In this document: one piece after another, positions 53,865-59,443 of the stretch | Layout of the letters: each line of letters starts with the position of its first letter | How positions within the stretch are numbered: the first letter of the stretch is position 1 | DNA from: Actinomycetes bacterium | GTDB taxonomy: Bacteria; Actinomycetota; Acidimicrobiia; Acidimicrobiales; Ilumatobacteraceae | DNA: 59,443 nucleotides | Direction of reading: 5' to 3' | Assembly: GCA_031430875.1 (NCBI GenBank) | Contig: JANPCI010000431.1 | Coordinates: forward strand, 1-59,443 | Translations under genes and position numbers: made by a program | The notes under the pieces: model-generated | What the model was told of the DNA's origin: nothing | What the model saw: the letters and a program-made list of their open reading frames with translations, nothing else | The model's database searches: none

Positions 53865-54937
53865 CCGGCCACCCGCTTGGTCCGCAACAGGTAGATGAAG
53901 AACGGGGCACCGATCAGCGCCGTGAGTACCCCGATGGGGGTCTCCGCCGGGCTGGCGATCGTCCGCCCGAGCACGTCGGCGAGGATGAGGAACGCAGCGC
54001 CGAGCATCAACGACAGCGGGAGCAGGCGCCGGTATCCCGCCCCGGCAACCAGCCGGATCACGTGCGGCACGACCAGCCCGACGAAGCCGATGAGCCCACT
54101 CACCGACACCACCGCCGCCGTTCCGAGCGTGGCCGCAACCACGATCACCAGCCGGGTTCGCGCCACCGACACGCCGAGCGTCGCTGCTTCCACATCGCCC
54201 ACGCGGAACACATCGAGGTGGCGTCGGTGCAGCATCAGCACGATGCAACTCACGACCACATACGGCACGACCAGCCGAACGTCGGTCCATGTCGCTCCCG
54301 ACAATCGTCCGAGGATCCACTGGAAGACCTCGCGGACCAGCTCGGAGTTGCGTTGCAGGATGAACGTCTGGACCGCCGTCACGAACGACACGACCGCCAC
54401 GCCGGCGAGCACCAGTGTCACCCCCGAACGCGACCCGCCGACGGACGCGCCGACTGCGTAGGTGACCGCCACGGTCAGCAGTGCGAACACAAACGCCGCG
54501 GTAGGCACCGGGTCGATCGACCATCCGGAGGTGACGCCACGACCGAACGTCAGCGCAATGGTTGCGCCGAGCCCGGCGCCGGCGGCTGTGCCGAGAAGGT
54601 ATGGATCCACGAGCGGGTTGCGGAACACGCCCTGATAACTCGCACCCGCGATCGACAGCATCCCGCCGACGATCCCGCCCAAGATGACCCTCGGCATGCG
54701 AATGCGCCACACGATGTTCCACTCGGCGTCGCTCACGCCGGAATCGATCGAGATCCACGGCAGTCGGTCGATCAGCTCGATTGGCACCTGCCACCAGGGC
54801 GGGCCGGCGGGGCCCACCGACGCGCCGATCAGCACCGCCACCACGAGCACCACCGCGCTCGCGCCGTACCACGCCGCATCGCTGGCGTTGACGGCAGGGG
54901 TCACCCTGGCGGGGAGCTGATCGACGCCGGTGTTCAC
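53861..54937 (-). CDS. btuC: FecCD-family ABC permease (BtuC type)
   Basis: 358-aa polytopic ORF. Its stop overlaps the start of the ATPase gene. Confidence 0.85.
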   Translation of the reverse strand: MNTGVDQLPARVTPAVNASDAAWYGASAVVLVVAVLIGASVGPAGPPWWQVPIELIDRLPWISIDSGVSDAEWNIVWRIRMPRVILGGIVGGMLSIAGASYQGVFRNPLVDPYLLGTAAGAGLGATIALTFGRGVTSGWSIDPVPTAAFVFALLTVAVTYAVGASVGGSRSGVTLVLAGVAVVSFVTAVQTFILQRNSELVREVFQWILGRLSGATWTDVRLVVPYVVVSCIVLMLHRRHLDVFRVGDVEAATLGVSVARTRLVIVVAATLGTAAVVSVSGLIGFVGLVVPHVIRLVAGAGYRRLLPLSLMLGAAFLILADVLGRTIASPAETPIGVLTALIGAPFFIYLLRTKRVAG

Positions 54938-54973
54938 CTCACTGGCGCTTCGACCAGCTGCTCAGGCCAATGC

Positions 54974-55966
54974 TCACGCGGGGACCAACGCCTGCTCCAC
55001 TGCCGCCGCGACTGCGGCGAGGTAGTCGACAATGCGAGGACCCCACCGCGACGCGATGTCGTCGTCCATCTCGATGACGTTGCCGTTTTGAACGGCGCTG
55101 AGTTCAGCCCAACCGTCACGAGCAGCGACCGTTTCGGCCGACTCGCCACAGCACTTCGTGTCCGCGAGGAAGATCAGGTCCGGGTCTTGCGACACGACGA
55201 ACTCGGCGCTCAGCTGCGGGAACCCACCGCTGTCACCTTCGACGCTGTCGGCGATGTTCTCCAGGCCGAGCAACGAGTAGATCTCGCCGATGAACGTGGA
55301 CGAGTCGGCGCTGAACAGCGTCGGATCGAGCTCGTGGTAGAAGCTGAGTGGCTCATCGGCCACCGGAGCCGCCGCCACGATCTCGTCGATGTCGGTCTGC
55401 ATCGACGACACCAGCTCCGCGGCCTCGCCAACATGACCGGTGGCGACACCGAGCTGTTCGATCTGGGTGTACGTGTCGTCGATGGTCAACGCTGCGGGGC
55501 CGTCCCACCACGCAATGCCGAGCTCGTCGAGCTGGTCGCCGAGGCCGGTGAAGTCGCCACCGATGACGACAAGATCCGGGTCGTATGCCGCAATGGCCTC
55601 GACGTTCGGCTCGAAGCCGGACAGTTCATTGGGGAGTTCGAGCGCCTCGGCCGGGTAGTTCGAGAAGTCATCGACGGCCACAAGCTGGTCACCGGCGCCG
55701 ATCGCGAACAGGATCTCCGTGTGCGTCGGGCTCAACGACACGATCCGCTGCGGGACGTCCGCCGGAACCGTCTCGTCGGCCGGCGCCGATCCGAGTGTGG
55801 TCTCGGCAGGTGCCGGTTGCTCCGTCGAACCCACGCTGTCAAGCGGGGCCCCTGCGGTGTCGCCGTCGCTGCCGCATGCCGCCGCGAGCAACGCGAAACC
55901 GGCCAGAACGCCGATCACCGCGCTGCTACGTCGTCGGGATCGGGTGGGTACTGCTTCGTTGATCAT
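54974..55966 (-). CDS. btuF: Periplasmic-binding lipoprotein, cluster A/BtuF-like (cobalamin or related corrinoid/iron complex)
   Basis: ATG at 55966 (M10 of ORF 54974..55993), 4 nt after GGAGGA. Lipobox LLAAACGS. IVSLSPTHTEILFAIGAGDQLVAV. Confidence 0.8.
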   Translation of the reverse strand: MINEAVPTRSRRRSSAVIGVLAGFALLAAACGSDGDTAGAPLDSVGSTEQPAPAETTLGSAPADETVPADVPQRIVSLSPTHTEILFAIGAGDQLVAVDDFSNYPAEALELPNELSGFEPNVEAIAAYDPDLVVIGGDFTGLGDQLDELGIAWWDGPAALTIDDTYTQIEQLGVATGHVGEAAELVSSMQTDIDEIVAAAPVADEPLSFYHELDPTLFSADSSTFIGEIYSLLGLENIADSVEGDSGGFPQLSAEFVVSQDPDLIFLADTKCCGESAETVAARDGWAELSAVQNGNVIEMDDDIASRWGPRIVDYLAAVAAAVEQALVPA

Positions 55967-55970
55967 GTGA

Positions 55971-55990
55971 TCCTCCAATTGTTTGGAGGA
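55971..55990 (-). promoter_or_regulatory. Shine-Dalgarno-sequestering hairpin TCCTCCAA-TTGT-TTGGAGGA (expression platform of the cobalamin riboswitch)
   Basis: The minus-strand RNA reads UCCUCCAAACAAUUGGAGGAUCACAUG, so the anti-SD is perfectly complementary to the btuF-like SD. Confidence 0.6.
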
Positions 55991-56024
55991 CAAGCTGGGT
56001 CCGAGCAGGACAACGTCCTGCTTG

Positions 56025-56185
56025 CGAGCCGTCCCTTGCCTCGAGGGATTGATGTCGCGTCAGCCGAACAGGCGACCGGACTTGTTCACGAGCGGCAAAC
56101 CGCTGAGAAACCACCGTTGCGGGACAGCCTCGGATTCTCACCGAAGTTCGCTGTATCCACTGACAGTTCGACATCGTACTGACCG
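56025..56185 (-). promoter_or_regulatory. Cobalamin (B12) riboswitch
   Basis: The minus strand contains GGTGAGAATCCGAGGCTGTCCCGCAACGGT (conserved core) and an AAGTCCGGTCGCCTG B12-box-like segment. It sits in the 240-nt leader of the btuF-like gene. Boundaries are approximate. Confidence 0.75.
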
Positions 56186-56206
56186 CGCCGTACGCTGCCC
56201 AATCTC

Positions 56207-56797
56207 ATGACCGCCGACGCCGACCTCGAAGCTGACGATCTCGCCCCCACCGAAGACCCGCGCCCCGACGGCCTGCGAGGCGCCGACTCGCTCGTTGTGC
56301 TGAACACCGGCAATGGCAAGGGCAAGTCGTCATCGGCGTTCGGCATGATGGTCCGCGCCGTGGGCCGGGGCTGGAACGTTGCGGTCATTCAGTTCATCAA
56401 GTCGGGCAACTGGAACACCGGTGAGGAGAAGATCGGACGCCAACTCGGTGTCGATTGGTATGCGTTCGGTGAAGGATTCACGTGGGATTCCGACGATCTG
56501 AGCAACGACCGCGCGCACGCAGCCGAGGGCTGGGCCAAGGCCGTGGAGATCATGAACGCCGGCGAGCATCAGCTCGTGATCTTCGACGAGTTGACGTACC
56601 TGCCGAGCTTCAACTGGCTTTCCGTCAACGAGATCGTCGATGCGGTGGCGAACCGCCCGCGTCATGTCAATGTGATCATCACCGGCCGCGACGCGCCACG
56701 GGAGCTCATCGACCTCGCTGACACCGTGACCGAAATGCGCGAGGTCAAGCACGCGTACCAGCAGGGCATCCGCGCGATGCGCGGCATCGACTACTGA
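56207..56797 (+). CDS. cobO: Cob(I)yrinic acid a,c-diamide / cob(I)alamin adenosyltransferase
   Basis: 196-aa ORF. NTGNGKGKSSSAFG P-loop and FDELTY motif. Confidence 0.9.
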   Translation: MTADADLEADDLAPTEDPRPDGLRGADSLVVLNTGNGKGKSSSAFGMMVRAVGRGWNVAVIQFIKSGNWNTGEEKIGRQLGVDWYAFGEGFTWDSDDLSNDRAHAAEGWAKAVEIMNAGEHQLVIFDELTYLPSFNWLSVNEIVDAVANRPRHVNVIITGRDAPRELIDLADTVTEMREVKHAYQQGIRAMRGIDY

Positions 56798-56810
56798 ATC
56801 GGTCCGTGTC

Positions 56811-57356
56811 GTGGGTCTCACCGTGCTGCTGGGCGGCGCCAGGAGTGGCAAGAGTTCATTGGCCGTGGAGATCGGGCTGCGCCACGCCGGCCCGGTCACC
56901 TACATCGCCACTGCGCCGGCTCTCGACCAGGACATGGCCGACCGGATCGATCGCCACATCGCCGAACGGCCCCCCGAGTGGGCCACCATCGAGGAGCACA
57001 CCGACCTCATCGGCGCCATGACTGTCTCCGGCGACTCGCTGGCGATCATCGATTGCCTCACCCTGTGGACCTCGAACGTGATGTGGGAGGGCCGCAGCGA
57101 CACCGAGATCCAGGAGATGGCTGTGGCCGCTGCCCGCCACGCCGCTGCGCGATCAGCTCCGGTCGTCGCCGTCACCAACGAAGTCGGCCTCGGGATACAT
57201 CCGGAGACCGACCTCGGGCGTCGGTATCGCGACGCACTCGGACGGGTCAACCAGGCCTGGGCCGGTGAATCGACTCGAAGCCTCTTCCTCGTGGCCGGCA
57301 AGGCTCTCGAACTCCACGATCCCTTCCACGACACCGGGAAGTACCTCGACTCATGA
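56811..57356 (+). CDS. cobU: Bifunctional adenosylcobinamide kinase / adenosylcobinamide-phosphate guanylyltransferase
   Basis: 181-aa GTG-start ORF. LGGARSGKS P-loop, IDCLTLW motif. Confidence 0.9.
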   Translation: MGLTVLLGGARSGKSSLAVEIGLRHAGPVTYIATAPALDQDMADRIDRHIAERPPEWATIEEHTDLIGAMTVSGDSLAIIDCLTLWTSNVMWEGRSDTEIQEMAVAAARHAAARSAPVVAVTNEVGLGIHPETDLGRRYRDALGRVNQAWAGESTRSLFLVAGKALELHDPFHDTGKYLDS

Positions 57357-58345
57357 CACTGCTCCATGAACACCTGGCCGATCTTCCGGAGTGCGACCAA
57401 GCCGCACGCGATGCCGTGCTCGAACGGGCGGCCAACATCCTGCGCCCGAGCGGCGCCCTCGCCTGGCTCGACGACATTGCCGCCTGGGTCGCCGGCTGGC
57501 AGCGCACCGACCAGCCACGGATCGCCAAGCCCGCAGGACTGATCTTCGCCGCCGACCACGGCGTCGCCGCGGCAACCAAGGTGTCGGCCTATCCGACCGG
57601 AGTGACCGAGGCGATGCTGGCCGCCTATCGACAGGGCCGCTCGACCATCAATGCGTTCGCCCGAATTGCCGGGGCGACAGTCACCGCCGTCGACGTCGGC
57701 GTCGGCAACCCGACCGGCGACATCCGCTACGAGGCGGCGTTGAGCGAGGACCGCTTCGACGAGATCGTGCGCACGGCGTTCGCCGCCGTGGAGGAACTCG
57801 ACTGTGACCTGCTCGTGCTCGGCGAGATGGGGATCGGCAATACGACTCCATCCGCGGCGATCGCTGCGGCGTTGGCCGGCGGCGAGACGGCGGCGTGGGT
57901 CGGACGTGGCACCGGCGTCGACGACGAGGGGCTTGCCCGCAAGCGCCAGGCGGTTCAGGAGGCGGTTCGTCGGATCGCCGGGATCACGGACCCGATCGAG
58001 ATCCTGCGCGAAGTCGGCGGCGCGGAGATCGCTGCGATCACTGCCGCAACGGTCGCCGCTCGCCATCGATCGATCCCGGTGGTACTCGATGGGTACGTCG
58101 TCACTGCAGCGGTCCTGCCGTTGAACGAAATTGACCCGGCGGCGATTGCCCACTGCACGGTCGGGCACTGCTCGTCCGAGCCCGGCCACCGCAAGCTCCT
58201 CGAACGTCTCGGCAAGCCGCCACTGCTCGATCTCGACATGCGCCTCGGCGAGGGTTCGGGCGCGATGGCGGCGGTCCCGTTGATCGCCATGGCGTGTGCC
58301 GGAATCACCGAGGTGCCGACGTTCGGCGAGTGGTTCGGCGAGTGA
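57353..58345 (+). CDS. cobT: Nicotinate-nucleotide--dimethylbenzimidazole phosphoribosyltransferase
   Basis: 330-aa ORF overlapping the cobU stop. GEMGIGNTT and LGEGSGA motifs. Confidence 0.9.
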   Translation: MTLLHEHLADLPECDQAARDAVLERAANILRPSGALAWLDDIAAWVAGWQRTDQPRIAKPAGLIFAADHGVAAATKVSAYPTGVTEAMLAAYRQGRSTINAFARIAGATVTAVDVGVGNPTGDIRYEAALSEDRFDEIVRTAFAAVEELDCDLLVLGEMGIGNTTPSAAIAAALAGGETAAWVGRGTGVDDEGLARKRQAVQEAVRRIAGITDPIEILREVGGAEIAAITAATVAARHRSIPVVLDGYVVTAAVLPLNEIDPAAIAHCTVGHCSSEPGHRKLLERLGKPPLLDLDMRLGEGSGAMAAVPLIAMACAGITEVPTFGEWFGE

Positions 58346-59100
58346 CGAGCAGGTTCGGCGGGTTCCTCGGTGCTGCCCAATTCCTGACCCGCATCCCCAT
58401 TCGGTTGCGAACGGCACCCGATCTGGCCGCAAGCGTGCCCTGGTTCCCCATCGTTGGCGCGTTCATCGGCGCGTTCGTCGGTGCGGTCGCCGCCGGAATG
58501 ATGGAGCTCGTGCCGGCCTCCGTTGCTGCCGGCGTTGCGGTGATCGTCGGCGTGCTCCTGACCGGTGCGTTTCACGAGGACGGCCTCGCCGACACCGCCG
58601 ACGCGATGGGCGGTTGGACACCCGAGCGCCGACGCGAAATCCTCAAGGATTCGCGACACGGCAGCTACGGCGTCGCTGCGATGTGTTCCACGATCGTGCT
58701 GCGCATCTTGTGCGTTGCGGCGTTGTCACCCGCCGTCGCCTTCGCCGGGCTCATCGCCGCTCACACGCTCGGGCGCGGTGCCGCAGTCGGCGTGATGGGG
58801 GCTGCCCGCTCAGTGCCCGAGGACGGCCTCGGTGCCGACTACACCCGAACCCTTGCGCGTTGGTCCGCCGTTGTCGGTGTGCTGGCCTCGCTCGTGATCA
58901 CCACGGTTGCGACCGGCTGGTGGGTCGTACCGCTCGCCCTCGCCGCCGCAATCGGCGCAGCGCTCGTCACGTGGGTCGCCAACCGGGCGTTCGGTGGCGT
59001 CAGCGGCGACATCCTCGGCGCGGTCGAACAGGTCGGCGAGTGCCTCGTCCTGATCGTCGTCACCGGCCTCGCCCTGCGCCACCACCTCTGGTGGACCTGA
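58342..59100 (+). CDS. cobS: Adenosylcobinamide-GDP ribazoletransferase (cobalamin synthase)
   Basis: GTG at 58342 overlaps the cobT stop (GTGA). FLTRIPI and HEDGLADTAD motifs. Polytopic. Confidence 0.85.
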   Translation: MTSRFGGFLGAAQFLTRIPIRLRTAPDLAASVPWFPIVGAFIGAFVGAVAAGMMELVPASVAAGVAVIVGVLLTGAFHEDGLADTADAMGGWTPERRREILKDSRHGSYGVAAMCSTIVLRILCVAALSPAVAFAGLIAAHTLGRGAAVGVMGAARSVPEDGLGADYTRTLARWSAVVGVLASLVITTVATGWWVVPLALAAAIGAALVTWVANRAFGGVSGDILGAVEQVGECLVLIVVTGLALRHHLWWT

Positions 59101-59156
59101 CCGCTGCCGTCACTCATCGCCACTCGTCAAGTCAGCCCCCACCCCCCCCAGAAAAT

Positions 59157-59209
59157 CCAAAATTCGGAGCCACTATTGCGCAGAGCGCAATGTTCGCTCC
59201 GAATTTTGG
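59157..59209. terminator. Compound hairpin CCAAAATTCGGAGC-[CACT ATTGCGC AGA GCGCAAT GTTC]-GCTCCGAATTTTGG between convergent genes
   Basis: Perfect 14-bp outer stem plus a 7-bp inner stem. Preceded by a C-rich tract. Unusually AT-rich for this window. Confidence 0.65.
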
Positions 59210-59217
59210 GATGATTG

Positions 59218-59443
59218 TCAGCCGACGAGGGTGGCGAAACGCTTCATGCCTTCAGCGAGGTCGTCGTCGCCGAGGGCGAACGAGAACCGGCCGTAGCCGC
59301 CGAGGCCGAATGCCTCACCCGGCACGAACGCCACCTTGGCCTTGTCGAGTACCAGGTCGGCGAGCTCCAGCGTGCTCGACACGGTGACGCCGCCGATCGG
59401 TCGGTTCAGTAGACCCGTCAGATCGGGATAGGCGTAGAAGGCA
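59218..59443 (-). CDS. Class I/II PLP-dependent aminotransferase (aspartate aminotransferase-like), C-terminal fragment; the 5' end is outside the window
   Basis: My own translation of the minus strand: AFYAYPDLTGLLNRPIGGVTVSSTLELADLVLDKAKVAFVPGEAFGLGGYGRFSFALGDDDLAEGMKRFATLVG-stop, with the stop at 59218-59220. Confidence 0.75.
   Translation of the reverse strand, partial: AFYAYPDLTGLLNRPIGGVTVSSTLELADLVLDKAKVAFVPGEAFGLGGYGRFSFALGDDDLAEGMKRFATLVG

Noticed and set aside
54062-56182. 706-aa plus-strand ORF
   Set aside because: It is antisense to the btuC/btuF-like genes and runs across the riboswitch region. It has no recognisable motifs.
59215-59412. 65-aa plus-strand ORF at the window end
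   Set aside because: The opposite strand encodes a clean aminotransferase C-terminus in frame to the window edge.
1-59443. Scan for CRISPR arrays, tRNA/rRNA genes, transposases, integrases and prophage genes
   Set aside because: I saw no regularly spaced direct repeats, no T-loop-containing tRNA-like sequence in intergenic DNA, and no ORF with recombinase or transposase motifs. The only repeats found are the palindromic families and the intragenic repeats reported above.

Overview
GC-rich, gene-dense chromosomal segment with an actinobacterial character: many GTG/TTG starts, 4-nt start/stop overlaps and many apparently leaderless genes. I found no rRNA, tRNA, CRISPR array, transposase, integrase or phage genes. 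Most genes are metabolic or housekeeping. They include tldD-pmbA, a WS/DGAT plus HAD/PlsC lipid pair, an amidase/aminotransferase/FAD-oxidoreductase/saccharopine-dehydrogenase cluster, a rhodanese plus TauE pair, and gnd-zwf. Two operons are riboswitch-controlled. A TPP riboswitch precedes thiamine pyrophosphokinase plus a thiamine-type ABC importer. A cobalamin riboswitch on the minus strand precedes a btuFCD-like importer, and cobO-cobU-cobT-cobS run divergently from it. Several things are not explained by ordinary annotation. (1) At least three families of intergenic palindromic repeats occur; one brackets a GNAT gene and another brackets yqhA. (2) An uncharacterised two-gene module (39264-41200) pairs a ~90-aa WXG-like helical protein with a 550-aa protein that has no recognisable domain. 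(3) Two large secreted FN3-containing proteins each sit beside a giant STAND-type ATPase regulator. One regulator is a tandem-cyclase/AAA/TPR protein and the other is a LuxR-type LAL regulator. (4) An orphan lipoprotein fuses a solute-binding domain, two peptidoglycan-binding domains and a fasciclin domain. (5) An LLM oxidoreductase gene carries an in-frame TAG. Non-ORF coordinates were counted by hand from ORF-track anchors and may be off by a base or two. All family assignments come from motif recognition, not database searches.
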